A stretch of DNA of 64,000 nt from Octopus vulgaris (Eukaryota). Every line of letters begins with the position of its first letter. The first letter of the stretch is position 1. The translations under genes and the position numbers were made by a program. The stretch lies in contig OX597824.1 of the NCBI GenBank assembly GCA_951406725.2, positions 65,410,001 to 65,474,000 of the forward strand. Reading direction: 5' to 3'. Positions 1 through 13,689 of the stretch are shown piece by piece. Under the pieces are notes generated by a model. That model was not told where the DNA came from, did no database searches, and saw only the letters and a list, made by a program, of their open reading frames with translations.

Positions 1-29
1 TTTATTTTTTCTTGTTTGTTCCATTTTCC

Positions 30-850
30 TATCATTCTAGTTTTGTAGTGCAATTTTATGTCCTGTAAACACACAGTGAAAACACTTTGCATTTTTATAT
101 GGACAATCTTTTTTCAGGTGCATCCTACCACATGCCATACATCGGTTTACATCCCAATACTTTTTCTGTTTTTCCTGCAACACTTTATTTGTCTTCCAAC
201 TTTTTTGCACTGGTCTTATGTGAAAACACTCTTTCTGTTGAATTTCTTCTGTGTCATGACTGTATCAATTCCTGGTTCATTTCCAGTTTTTCTGCATCCC
301 TTTTATCTGTCAATCCTTATGCAAAAATCAAACACTTGAAAGAATCTGGAGTAAGCATATCCAACCTAAATCTCTCACATTCTTTACTGATGCTGCCTGT
401 GTAAGTAGTGAAGTCTTCATCTTCGATCTTTTCTATAGTTTAAACATTTCCATCTAGTATTAAACAGTGAGCTCTTTTCACTAAACATTTTGCACAAAAT
501 GTCAACTGTGTTGGTGAAATTTATGTTGGATGCTTTTTTTTTGGCAATATGAAGTTACTGTGCTTCTCATGCTCTACTGTTGCTAGTTTTCTTAAAACTA
601 GACATGTTTTCAAAAATTTGTTCAAATCTTTGAAAGTAAGCCTCAAATGTTACTCCTTCTTTGATATCATATTTGAATTTGCTTACGAAATTTGCTACAT
701 GGTCAGATGAAAATGTAATCTCTAGTTTGGTCATCAACTTCATTAGTTGTAACATTTGCTGCTGCAATTCTTGTTGTTGTTCTCATTGTTCCTTGCGTTG
801 TTGCTATTTTTGCAACTCAACTACCCCAGCTAACAAGTCTTCCATATTTT
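30..850 (-). pseudogene. Decayed Gypsy-type LTR retrotransposon gag (K02A2.6-like)
   Basis: Minus-strand fragments QQQMLQLMK...KFKYDIKEGVTFEAYFQRFEQIFE and EDFTTYTGSISKECERFRLDMLTPDSFKCLIF, plus zinc-knuckle remnants near 50-140; frameshifts and stops. Confidence 0.65.
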
Positions 851-990
851 ACAATTTTCATAAGTTTGCACTACAAGATTTTTGTTTCTTTTTTATTGAG
901 TTATTTAATTTTCCATGCAAATTAGTTTAAACTCTCTGTGTGAATGTCTTTTTTTTCAGTCCACATAAATTTGTTTTTCATCATCACCTC

Positions 991-1412
991 TGTTGTGAAA
1001 TGGGTTCCTCCCACTGGTGTAATGTGTGACTTCTGTTGTTCTGTAGTTGCTGTTTTACGCTTGTAGCCACAACAGTTACTAGTCATCAGATACCATTATA
1101 TGTCTTCGTACCAGAATAGTAATACACTAACTTCTGTTGCTGATAGCTCCACAAGACACCGACTAAAACTATCGACTCTCAACTCTTCAACTCTCAACCC
1201 TCTCTTGATGACCAGCTACTGGTCTATTTATAATGGTTGCCTCCTACCACTTTTTACTGGGAGAGGTATACAGTCTCACTATACAACACATTTTATGGGC
1301 GATGCCCATCTTGATATCAACCCTTATAATTTGGATGATCATCTAGAGGCTCACTTATTAGATCATAATAATGTATTGTAATGCTGATTGAGACTTAAGA
1401 AAATATCACACA
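991..1412 (-). mobile_element. Putative 5' LTR of the Gypsy remnant
   Basis: TG...CA ends with imperfect inverted termini (+ strand tgttgtgaaat ... atatcacaca). On the minus strand it is followed by a CpG-decayed PBS-like GGTGATGATG (978-988), then the gag remnant. Boundaries by eye. Confidence 0.45.
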
Positions 1413-2864
1413 TAAAAGCCAGAGAATGAAACACCCATCATTATTACTCCTGGTTGAAGTAATTATGCACTTATAAATGTACCATTTATTCTTTTACTTG
1501 TTTCAGTTAAAATTGCAGAAAAGTAACAACATATGTCAAAATCCAAAAAGCATGTAAACAATAAAGGCAGTGCTCCAGCACCAGCTTTATTGTTAATTCT
1601 CAGTTGATTTGTTTGCACTAAGAATGGTGTGAAGCTGTATGAAGTAATTGTTCTGAGCTAAATTACTTTTCCTATGGAAACATGTTAGAAAACAATAGAA
1701 AAACAATGATGGATGTTAAAATTCAAAAACATGTTAAATCTTCCAAAACTAAATGCAAGAAAAGGAAGGCAAAAGTATAAAATAGTTATGAAATAGGTCA
1801 TTATAACATTTCACTAAGATTTAAGATGTGTGTTGAAAGTTGGAAATATTTATTGAGATATCAGATTGTATTACATTAACTTTAGGGTGTATATATACAC
1901 ATACATGCACATTAATTATTTTGAGATAATGGGACTTCAAGTTTTGCCTTATCAGCTTGTTCAGTTAGTAAGAATTTTAACAAGATTTTCTGTTTTTATC
2001 CTTATATCCAAGATATTTTCACAAATCAAGATGGTTACATATGAAAATGTCAGCAGTTTGATTCTTTTTTATGTGTGTGTGATCAAAACCAAAGAGAGGA
2101 AGTGACAGAGACTAAGAAGAAAAGAAACAAGGGAAAAGGAAACAGTGTTTCTTTACATGGGATATATTTACAGTAAATACTAACCCTTTCAAGATATATA
2201 TGTATGCGATGTAACTGTGACACAATCTGATATCTTGATAAAAATTTTCAACACATATCTTAAATTTCTGTGAAAATGTTATAAAACCTTTTTCATAATT
2301 TTATTACTTTTCCCTTCCTTCTTTTTATGTTTTGATTTTACATCTATTTTTGGAATTGTTTACATGCTTTTTTGGATTTTGTCATATGTTGTTATTTTTC
2401 TGCAGTTTTGAAGCTTGTTTCCATGGGAAAATGGTCTAGTTGAGAGCTGTTGCTTCATATAGCTACACCCACTTCTTATTGCAATGAAATCAACTGAAAA
2501 TTAACACTGGTACATTTATAAATGCATAATTACTTCAATCAGAAGCTATATAACGCCTTGTATTGGATTCTCTGGCATTAATGCATAAAGTTCCAATCAA
2601 CACAAAATAATCAATAAATTTTATTCTATGAAATATGTAGAGCCTCACCAACTGTAAGGGTTTTGTTATTTTCTACCGATTGATCAGCAATAACAAATAA
2701 CATGAGCCCTCTATAGAGCCTTTTGTTTACTCATAAGCATATCCACTCACTCTATGCAACTTGTGTATTGAATCTTTATTTGAACTATGGTCCACTCAAC
2801 CTTGCACTGGTCATATTCCATATGTATGTATGTATGCATGCATGCATGAATGAATGAGTGAAAA

Positions 2865-3190
2865 GAACTCCTTCGGTCATGACTGACCATGGGATTGCAC
2901 CTAGAAAGTTACCCTCTGAGGTATCAGTCCTGGCAACTTTGTTTATGGAAGACCAGCAGTCACCCATGCACACCAGCTTCCCCTCTTCATGCCACCAATG
3001 TTATCCAAGGGAAAGGCAAAGGCCGATACGGCTTGGCACCAGTATTGCAACTCATTTCTACAGTTGAGTGAACTAGAGCAACATGAAATAAAGTGTCTTG
3101 CTCTAGAACACAACACAGAACCCAGTCTGGGAATTGAACTCACTAACTCAGGATTGTGAGCCCAATGCTCTAACCACTGAACCATGTACC
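2865..3190 (-). mobile_element. tRNA-derived SINE (same family as 33508-33839)
   Basis: A box TGGTTCAGTGG and B box GTTCAATTCC on the minus strand; colinear with the reverse complement of 33508-33839. Confidence 0.85.
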
Positions 3191-3216
3191 TTCATACACA
3201 CACTCATATATGCATA

Positions 3217-3252
<36 letters not shown>

Positions 3253-3739
3253 AAGAGAGAGAGAGCATGCAAATAGTGGCTGTATATGTGATTTATGGAT
3301 GTAGGTGGGAATTTAGGTAGGTATAAAGCAGAGATGTTTGAATGTTGGATAGAATATTTCATATTTGTTCTGATTCTGTGCTCTGAGGTCAAATTTACAT
3401 TTCATCCCTTAAGAGTGAATAAAATAAAAGTACTATTCCAGAATAGTGGAGTGGCAGAACTGTTAGAGGGTCAGGCAAGATGCCTTGTGGTATCTATTCT
3501 GACTCTTTCTGTTTCTAACAGAATTTCAAGCCTTGTGTTAAATTAGAAACAATTATCAATATTAGTCCTTTCTTTTATTTAAATCGAAAATAAAAGCCAG
3601 AATAAAATAATATTTAAATTATATTATGTGAAATGCAGTAGCAATTGGAGACAATGTTATGGTATGATGACACTGGTATTAAGCTGTATCAGCCTAAATC
3701 AGTTACCTTTCTCTTAGATAAACATTGGTGGTGCTTCCT

Positions 3740-4560
3740 TATTTTTTTTTCTTTTTGCCAGACTGGTTTGTGTCTCTGAGTCCTTTGAACTCTAAGTCTG
3801 AAGTCACTAACTACTAACCAATTGTTGAGTTGTACATTCATCAGAAAAGGACTTTAACTGTTTCTGGTGAGGATGTAATCAATCTGGCTTGTGTGCCTAC
3901 TAGATTATTAGGTGATAAGGTGACTTACTGACTGGTTACCTACCTACTAAGATTACTAGGTGATAAGGTGGCTTGCTGGATGGTTACCTGAAGTTATTGT
4001 TGTCATTTGCATCACAAAACTGCAGCAACTTTATTCTCTTTTCATTTCTAGAATCAAAGCTGTAAGCTCCATGTACACTATGAAATTAATTTGAGTGTTG
4101 CTCAATATGTCCATTGAGGTCACTATCCATGATAATATTATCACTGTCATTTACAATCAAGGCAATCTGCAAAATGGTGTCATGGAAATAGTCTTGTTCA
4201 TCTGCTCCATTATTTGGAGAATACGAAGAGATAAATATCATTGTTACATTATCCAAGACCAGTCTTAGCTTAACAATCACACACTCTGACTACCTCAGTC
4301 ATTTTATCTATCCATTTCTCTACCAAAAGTATGCCTACACAACCCACACCATCACTGCTACATTCTTAGAACAATTCATATTTTTATTCCTTGCCTGTGA
4401 GATGTTCTTGTGGAGGCTTCCCTCCATCTTACATCTTGCACACAGCCCACATCTACATTCCTCCACTCTAGCAGTTTGACAATCTCACCAGACTTATCTT
4501 TCATTGTGCCAATATTAATTGTTGCAGTTCTATGTGGTGGAGTAACTAGAGAATTGTTTT
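3740..4560 (-). mobile_element. Decayed RTE LINE 5' fragment (AP endonuclease), with a ~49-bp internal tandem duplication at 3895-3990
   Basis: ATINIGTMKDKSGEIVKLLE..VDVGCVQDVRW, SYSPN, DLNGHI and SQIDYIL motifs, homologous to the ORF at 50987-53824. Confidence 0.8.
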
Positions 4561-5515
4561 CAGTATCTAAAAGAAGCAAAAAAAAAAAAAGTTTACGAAC
4601 ACTTGCCAGCAGGCAAGTGGACCCTTGTACATGTCCAGTGAAACAATTATTTCTTGCTCAATGAATTACACTCTCCCTTAATTCCATGAAATCTTCAAGG
4701 ACAAGCACTAGTAAGGAGAGGGAAGAAGAGCAGCAGCAGTGAAGAAAAAGTGATTTTTGGTTTGACTGATAGTGAGTGTATGTGTAACCTGTGCACAAAT
4801 ACGCACCCCACTTCTATTTTATATATGTGTGCAATCATTTCTTCACATATACATCCCCCTAACATATAAACTGCACATAAATACTTATATAGCTATGACA
4901 CTACCTGTCTGTCTATCTCCTCCCATGCACATAGATGTAAAAATACATGTGCACAAATACATCGTACTTATACATAGGAGGAAGAGCTGGTTATAAGTCG
5001 CCAAGGGAGCAAAATATGTACATCCACACACATGTTGCTGTGCTCTAGAGTATGCATGGTGATTGCTATTTAAAACTAGCGTAAATATTTTGTTATTTAC
5101 TACTACTACTACTACTACTACAAATAATAATAATAGATAGATAAATACAAACATAAATACATTAACACACATGCACATGCAATCTCAGTTACTCACATAC
5201 CCATTAACTGTGTTTATTAATGTTAGATCTTAATATTTGTGTCATGGATGACTTGTTCTGTGTCTTAAATTACTATTGGCTGAATTGCTAAAATATGGTT
5301 ATTCCTATCTAGAACCATAGAAATGTGAGATTATTCTCTTGTGACATTCAATATGTTCTCTGGGACACTGTGTTCTTTCTGTTATAATGGGAAATATAAC
5401 CAATGATGTTTTTCTTTCTGATCATTGGCAGTGGTTTGTTTTGATAGTAGCAATGATACTTTATACGAAAATTATTTATAATAACATGATTGCAACATGG
5501 AGGACACAAGTTAGC

Positions 5516-5740
5516 CATTCAGAAACACACGAAGACCATTAACTTCACTTAAACATTTATTGTGTGTAATATAGTATCCGAATTTTCATCATCTGAAAGT
5601 GCGAGTTGGATGCTAGCAAATATGTGCTGCACACATTTTCAGTGACCAAGTTGCAGTTTTGAGTGTCAAAAATCTTGACACCATATTACAAACAATAAAT
5701 ATTTAAGTGAAGTTAATGGTCTTTGCATGTTTCTGCATGC
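5516..5740. repeat. Fold-back (palindromic) element, ~110-bp arms centred on 5628
   Basis: aagaccattaacttcacttaaacatttattgt pairs with acaataaatatttaagtgaagttaatggtctt; centre gtgc-t-gcac. Confidence 0.85.
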
Positions 5741-5809
5741 TGAAATTGTATTAGTTTCAGCACATGGTCTCTGATCTAGTACATCAACATAATTTATTAT
5801 AATAATAAT

Positions 5810-5844
<35 letters not shown>

Positions 5845-5879
5845 TGATGATGATGATGATGATGATGACGCCGCCGCCG

Positions 5880-6870
5880 ATCTTTCTGATTTAAGTACAA
5901 GGCCAAGAATTTCAAGGTGGTGTGGGGGATTAGTCAATACTATTGACCCCAGTGCTTGAATGGAACTTTATTTTATTGACCTCTAAAAGAATGAAATGCA
6001 AAGTTAATCTCAGAAGGACTTGATTTCAGAATGTAGCGAGTTGGAACAAATACTGCAAAGTATTTTTTTTTCAATGTTCTAATGAGTCTACCAGCAATTT
6101 ATGATTTATGAGATGCATACAAGGTCCCAAATTTGGGGAAGGATTTAGTCAAGTATATTGACCCTAGCACTGAATGGGTACTCTATTTTATTGATAACAG
6201 AAAGATGAAAGGCAGTGTCAGCCTCAGCAGGATTTGAACTCAGAATGTAAAAAGATATAAGTAAGCATCGCAATGTAATTTGTCTGATAGTCTTTGATTC
6301 TGCAAAATCTCACAATCCTCTGGTAGATACAATATCTTCTATCAACAATTTCACAATATTGGATACTGTGCAATGTCTTAAATGATGATTATGATGATAA
6401 TAATGATAATAATAACAATAATAATAATAATAATAATAATTTCTACCATAAGTACAAGGTCTGAAATTTTGGAGGAGGAGGTAGTTATTATTTCTAATTT
6501 AGGTACAAGTTCAGCAATTTTGTAGGGAAGAATTTAGTTGGTACTATCTATCCTGCTACTTGGCATTTTATTTTATTGACTACTTTATTTTATTGATCCT
6601 GGAGAGGTAAAAGGCAAAGTTAGCCTCAACAGGATTTGAACATAGAATGTAAAGTCCTAAAAGGCCATGCCACTAAGAAACTTTTCCAGTGTTCAAACCA
6701 TTGTACAAGTCCACTGCTCTAATAATTCTTTCTGATATGGGTACAAGTTTGAAATTTAGGAGAGAAGAATTGCTTATAGCAACTCCAGTACTTGACGAGT
6801 ATTTTAATTTATTGACCCCAGAGACATGAAAGGCAATGTTGACTTCAGTGGAATTTGAACTCAGAATATA
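5880..6870 (-). mobile_element. Head-to-tail cluster of ~4-5 decayed SINE copies (GCCTTTCATCCTTT.GGGGTC.ATAAA central-domain family) among (AAT)n
   Basis: Repeated + strand block ...tacaaggcc.gaaattt...attgaccccagt...atgaaaggcaaagttgac...atttgaactcagaat. Confidence 0.8.
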
Positions 6871-9601
6871 AAGGTATTTATTTCAATACACTAAAAATTC
6901 TGTTATCCAAATAATAGTAACAATAGTATTTATACTTTCAGCAAGTAGCCATTTCTCTGTCAAAGAATAAAAGACAGTAATTTTAGAATGCTTGTTCCAA
7001 TTGAATGCTTATGGTTTTGGATGAAACTCTTTCAAACATTTCTACAGGCAGCCTGTGTGCAGTGTCTCCACATCCATTTACTAGCTTCCTGTTGTTTTCA
7101 AGAAATCTCACTAATCTTATAAAAGAATGAATTATTAGCCAAAGCAAATTGACTTGCTATTCAGTTGTGTATTGTCAACTCATGTCCATCACTTTGTTAT
7201 CTCCGGAAACATTACCATTCTCATATTTCCCAAACAAGTATACACAAATGAAAGTAAGTATAAATACCAAGGAAGATATCAGCTTCCCTGTTTGAGACCA
7301 TAAACTGTATGTAACATGCATGTTTTCCATCAAATGACCTTTTAACATCAGCGAGCTGAAGATCTTTATCAATCTAAGCCATTTAAAAAATGGTATTATG
7401 CTATTCTTTATAGAATGCCATCTTTCATAATCTACTCTACAATCTCATTTTTCTAAGATCAAATCAAAACGTACAGTATCAGTAAAATAAGTCCCAGTAA
7501 TATCTTAAATTGATTCAGTAAAACTCTGTCTTCTGTGCAAATTATATCTAATGAAAGTGAGTTACTATTTTGAATCAATGAATACTGATTTTTATTTTCT
7601 TAAGTAGGCTTGAATTTTGAATGTTGTTTAGGTCAGATCATATCTGACTGAGTAGACCTTATACCATCTTCATAGTCAGTTGAATGTCTTGGTGTGATTC
7701 ATAGATCTGTTCTTTCAGATACATCAAGCTAGTGGGAGACCTATTAGTGGTGTGTCAGCTTGAATGCCAGTATATGTAAATTCAGAGGGGCTGCAGAGCA
7801 GGCAGGCAATATAAACATAAACACAGCATGAGATTTCTTGCTCCTCTGCACTTATCATTGGAAGTCTGTAACCTTGTGTGTGAGGTTAATGAAGCTATTA
7901 ATGTTAATTTGTTTTCTTTATATTTTATTTTTCTCTATCTGGACTGAGTTACATAAGCTAGTGTCCTTATGAATAAGTTGTATTCTGGATTGCTGTTTAT
8001 GTGCATGGTACTTAATGGCAGTTGTACATGTAATGGTAAAGACTTTGAGTATTGGAAATTGCTATATTGACAAATCGTGCCTCACAATATATCTAGATAA
8101 TCTTTTCACTTTGAGTTTTTTTCCTTCATTGTGTAGTTAGTCAGTGCTGATTTGTGTATCTTGTTGTTTAGCCTAGGTCAGACCTGATCAACTAGACCAA
8201 TCATCAAAGTTTTTCCAGCTTTGACCATTCCACCTTTCTTTCAAACATAGTATATCTAAGATGACGTTATCCGATATGACCTTGCTGGGTTTTTTTTAAT
8301 GGTAGGATGTGATTGAGGGTGGGTGCCTTCCGTTTGCAAGCATAAGCAAGACTGGTATAATCTGGTTAGTCTGAGATATTGTTGAAGCTAGTTGTGGAAT
8401 GATTATTTCTTGTATTAACCCTGTCACAATGTATTCCTGCTATGGTGGGAATAGGTTAAATGTTATCGCTGCTGGATTCTTGGTGAAACAGTAATGAGCA
8501 ACACATGTAGAAAAAGAAGATGCAGCTGATTCTGCCCATTAGTTTGCCTGTAATTGTTACTCTTGAGCTATTTATTCTTTTTTTTTACTCAGGAGCCCAG
8601 GTGGAGGGTAAAATCAGACATAGGAACACAGGTCTGAGAGGGTTAATGTATTTTGTGACGTTGGCCATTATTCTGAATGTTTGCAGTTATAGTAATAATG
8701 AACTTATTGTATACAGAGCTCTAGTATGTTGTCATGCACTATTGGTGTTTGTCATTTATGATAGCTAGGTATTAGATACAGAATAGAATTTTATGTATGT
8801 TTGACATTTATGTATGTTATAAGGCTTCCATTATAGTTTGAAATATGGATACCAGTGCATAATGAAATGCTTTTTCCTGCAAATGGTCTTTTTTCTATTA
8901 ACTTGTTAGTGTTGTCATGCAGTGAATTTAGCTTTTATATATTATGGTTGCTTTGTGTACAAAGACTGCTTTGGCTGTGGCTCTGTATTTCATCTGTGAT
9001 TTTCTTGGCTTTTAATGTATTGGTTATTTTTGTAGCAGTCATAATGAGACAAGATTGATGTTGGTGTGAAAATCTTTTATAGAAATACACTGGTGATATT
9101 TTTAGTTTTCTATGTTGCATTTTGTTATGGTCTAAGGTATGTTTGAGTGAGATTTTGGTGCTTTGTTTTTCTGTTTCCACACATGTGCATTTTGCATTTC
9201 TTTTGCAGAGGTTTATTACCTTCAAAGTTTTATGCTCAGTGTTTTCTTTTTTCTGTCACCTTTTCATCATTCAACCATTTCTTCATCAAAACCAGTTCCT
9301 TTTCTGGTTTGTTTTGGCATAATGTATCCAGGATTACATTATCCACATACATTATTACTTAGCTCCAGGTCAGTTTTGATCAAGCTGATATACGATCAGA
9401 GACAGTCTAACCTTGATCTTCGTGTCTTTTTATATATCTAAATTTAAATGATATGATGTGTCTTTCTATTTTTCAAACTGATAGAACATAATTTGGGGAG
9501 CATGGATGCAATTCTAGTAGATAAAGGGACTGCAGATCTTTAAGGAAGGTAAAAAGATTTTGTGACACTCATACTTTTCTCAAAAGTATTCATGATGCAA
9601 G

Positions 9602-9820
9602 TGAAGTGGAATATTCTGTTGTGTCTGGGGAGAGTCATTTTCTTTTTGTACCTAATAATGTAACACACTCACCAGTAAAATTTCCACTTATTTCTTATTT
9701 TTATTTTCCTAAAATTTTAGGAAAAAAAAGAAAAGAAATAAGTGGAAATTTTACCGGTGAGTGTGTTACATTATTAGGCACAAAAAAAAGCTCTCCCCAG
9801 ACACAACAGAGTATGCTTCA
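9602..9820. repeat. Zero-spacer palindrome, ~110-bp arms centred at 9714/9715
   Basis: ctgttgtgtctggggagag...cctaataatgtaacacactcacc.gtaaaatttccacttatttctt...cctaaaa|ttttagg, followed by the reverse complement. Confidence 0.9.
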
Positions 9821-12199
9821 ACACACGAACTCATGTAAAGAATCCTTGCAAACCAAATCCAAAAATGAAGTGAAACAGTTATGATTATTAATCTCTTTTT
9901 CTTTTTTTAACCTTAACACAATTCTTTGGATTTATGTGAGAAAGGAAATGGGAAAGTGTGGATTGCAACAATAAATTACCTTTGATTTACTGCAAAATGA
10001 CAACATGATGGTAATATTATGATACAATATGAAAGTAACTAATAACTGTCAACTGTTACTGATTTAAGTTTTGAGAAAGTTTAGGCCAGGGGAAAATCTG
10101 TCATTAAATTACTAAAGATCAAGATTAATGTATATTACCACCAAAGGAACTCATTTGAAATAGCTGCACCTCTCACAAAGCAATGTTTATACCTACTGTT
10201 GCACTACCACTGTGAACAGGTTAGAAACAATTGGTGGAAGAGCTTCTCTGGAAACTTACACATGCAAAAGCTTCCTTGCATGCTACTCCACTATGTTATG
10301 GTTTTACTGCCCAAGTAAAATTCTGAAAAATGTCTATGATCTGGGATGACTAAAGATATGTTTAGTCATCACAAACATCTAATATCCACTCCTTCGTTAT
10401 ATTTTTCTGTTACTTTGTACTTAATCGGGCATAACTACATCTACTACCCATAGTATGAAAATGTTACCAAAGATACACTCATGCATGAAATTTCTTATAT
10501 TCATCCAACTATATACAAGTTTATACAAATTTGAGTAATCTTGCCTAAATTAGAACTTTCTAGGTATAGGTCTTTACTGAATATGTGTACATATAGATCA
10601 TCAGTATTGACTTGGATATGTGAGATACAATCCACTTAAGATTGTCTATGGTTTTATGATGTGAAACCTCTTCTTTTAATATATTCATATATAAATTGAA
10701 ACCTTTTATTCTTTTCTATATGAATCTCTTTGTTAAGTTATGTTCCAAACACCAGTTTAATAATGCCAAACTTAATTATTTTATCAAATCCCTACAAATT
10801 GTTGATTATTCACTTCTCAATCATTTGGTTTTAGTTTCAGTCCCTCTGCATGGCCCTTTGGGCAATTGTTACCTACTACAGTCCAGGGCTGACCAAAGTT
10901 TTTGGTCAGTGGAAACTGAAAGAATACCATCATATACTCTAAATATTTGTGTGTGTGTGTGTGTGCATGTGTGTGTAAGAGAGAGTGTGTGTGTTTACGT
11001 TTGCGATTTTTTATACAAAAATACAATGGGCAGTGTTGTCAGTTTTTTCCTGTCATCAAATTGTTTGAAAATCTTGTATCATTGAAGCTGTGTAATAGAA
11101 GTGATCTCTTGCTTGAAAACTGATAAGGGTTAGTGCAAAGAAGGGTATCTGGCTGTAAAACAATGTCTAAAATAACATATTCATCCAGCTCATGGAAAAA
11201 TGGATATAAAATGAATGAATATAGCTTTATGAGAAAAATGATCAGAAAGAGTTAATGATATAGACTAGTCTAGATTAAAATAACTTTTAGATGTGGGCAG
11301 GATAGATGTAATCAATATAAGGATATGCTCACTGAATGGTACCAAACTGATGAGGATGTCAGCTGGATAGTCATATCCTGTTCAGTTCATAATACACAAC
11401 CTAATTATATTGACTTCAGAAATTGTCTACAGATATTGATTGAAGAGGCTGAACTTGAATATTTCTACTAGATGAATGTAGGAGAGAAATGATGATCTCT
11501 TTGTTATCTGACTTTGTTCTCTTGGTAGACATCAAGTCACTCTTATCCCTTATTAATTTAATTAATTGTCCCAGCTATTATAACAAAAATATGTTTCATC
11601 ATCCCTGAGAAAGGTATAAGACTAAATCAGTTTTTATAGGATGTGAATGCATAGAGTTGTTGAATCATATAGTCACCCACCTAAATAAATGTTCCTGATA
11701 CTGTGATTAATCACAGAACCATTTAGAGTAAAATATTTCATTCTTTGAATTATTTAGCAAATTTCATTCTTCAAGATTATTTATCTCTAATGCAAATCTA
11801 TTTTGTGCTTTAGCTGATATAATCCCTCAGATTAATTTTTGCCAATGTTCTTATATGTTTATAGCTCAGCTATTTAACCTATCAACTTTTGTATAAGTTT
11901 CTAGTATTCAGATTATCCCGTTTAAAAACTTTCTTTCCTTTCACTTTTTACTCATATAATAGGAAGCTAAATTAAGATTAAGGTTTAGGAGGTATAAACA
12001 GTCACTTTTGTTGTTTTTTTCCTTTTTTTTTTAATTTCATTCTCATTTTCAAAAATTTTTATCATTGACTTCTCTTTCACCTTTGTCCTTTTGTTGTTAC
12101 AAGTCTTTAGGTATTAATTCTCTTTTGATGAACATAAGGTTAATTTTTTCGTTGGTATGAACAATGTTAGAGAATATAGAAATTATAAAATCATCATAT

Positions 12200-12430
12200 C
12201 ATCATTTTGATGTCCTCTTTACCCAGCTTGCATGCATCAAATGGAATTATTGAGGAAGATTTCTTACAGCTGGATGTTCTTCCTGTCATCAATCTTCACT
12301 TGTTCCCAAGTAAGGTTAATATTTCCTTTTGTCTGGACATGTTTTCATGGAAGACTGGAAATTCACAACGCTGCTTGTATGACAGTGACATTTACTTACA
12401 ACCATCACAAGATGTCAAGACAAAAAGATA
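12200..12430 (-). mobile_element. RTE-type 3' tail element (family also at 36593-36725 and 43762-43995)
   Basis: (CAT)n tail plus the acagctggatg.ccttcctgtc..caa.cctcac.tgttt block shared among copies. Confidence 0.65.
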
Positions 12431-12601
12431 CACATGTACCCATGTGCATAGAGGGTGGCTTCTTTTAGTAGTTTCTTTCTACCAAAGCGTTAGTCAGCTT
12501 GGGGCTACACTAGATGACATTTGCCCAAATTGCTATGCAGTGGGACTGTACTTGAAACTATGTGGAAGTGAGCTATTTACCAACACAACCATATCTGTGC
12601 C

Positions 12602-12660
<59 letters not shown>

Positions 12661-12684
12661 ATACAGGTATACATCTGGCTATCT

Positions 12685-13000
12685 AACTTATATACACTGT
12701 TGAGAAGCATGATGTGGTTTTTGTCTGAGAGGAAAATCATTTAAGCAGTGATTTACAAGAATACCAGATGCATTTTGATCTTCTTAGGCCTTGTCAATAG
12801 TATGTACTTGCTAGACCTTGCCTAAACAGAATCTGTCCCCTCAAATATAGGATACATTCACTGATATTGTGAATAACTACCAAGCTGAACAAAAACAAGG
12901 TATGCACAATTGAAACAGCATTACGTTAAAATCGCCATTTATGTATCATACTTAATCTATATACACTGTTGAGAGGCACGATGTTGTGGTTTTGTTCAAG
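12685..13000 (-). mobile_element. Decayed Penelope-pLTR/retrozyme-like element: ~269-bp direct-repeat period with a fossil hammerhead (12761-12803)
   Basis: tatatacactgttgaga.gca.gatgt at 12689 and 12958. Minus strand ATACTA-TTGACAA-GGCC-TAAGAA-GATC-AAAAT-GC-ATC-TGGTAT differs from a canonical minimal hammerhead only by transitions. Confidence 0.5.
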
Positions 13001-13689
13001 AAAACTTCTTCATAGACATGAGAAAAATAGTTGGCTTATTGTCTGCAGACAAGAGGACAGTTGTGGACATGTTTGGCTTTCTCTCTGCTCAAAATAAACC
13101 ACCTTGTCATTCATTAAACTTGCCTTTTTGAACAGACAGTCATAAATATCCTTACTATAAAAATATAATGGAAAATGGCTAAGAGCTCTTAAAAGCAGTC
13201 TAAATGTGAGACTCTATCTCTGGATCTATGTTCCATTCTGAGCTGCTGCTTGGTCAAAATAATCAGCTGAAAGAAAGGATGCTGCAAACATGATCTATAT
13301 ATGCATTCTAAATAATGTAAATAATATATATATACACTGGTGAGCCAATAAGGATAGCCTTTACATAACCTTACTGTCTTAAAATAAGAAGCATATCGTG
13401 TATTGTTTTCCAAGATACACTATATACGAAGAAGAAAATAGTCAGAATTTGAGTACTTTTGATCTTAGGTCTCTGTTCAATAAAAGTTGACCTAGGGTTA
13501 AGTAACAACAGTAATTTATCTCTCAAAACCCCATATTGCAAGCTAACTACTTGGTTAATTTTTACTCCTGATATTACATGGAGTTTGACACAAGTTGATC
13601 AACAATAGTTTAAGAATTGTATTTTTTATGTCCTCCCTAGCAGGTAAATCATTTATAAGACAACAACAACAACAACAACAATGTTGTTA

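Noticed and set aside
11345-11390. CTGATGA followed by a GGAT/ATCC stem
   Set aside because: No GAAA box follows; chance match. The CTGATGA hits near 3840 and 60035 on the minus strand were also too weak.
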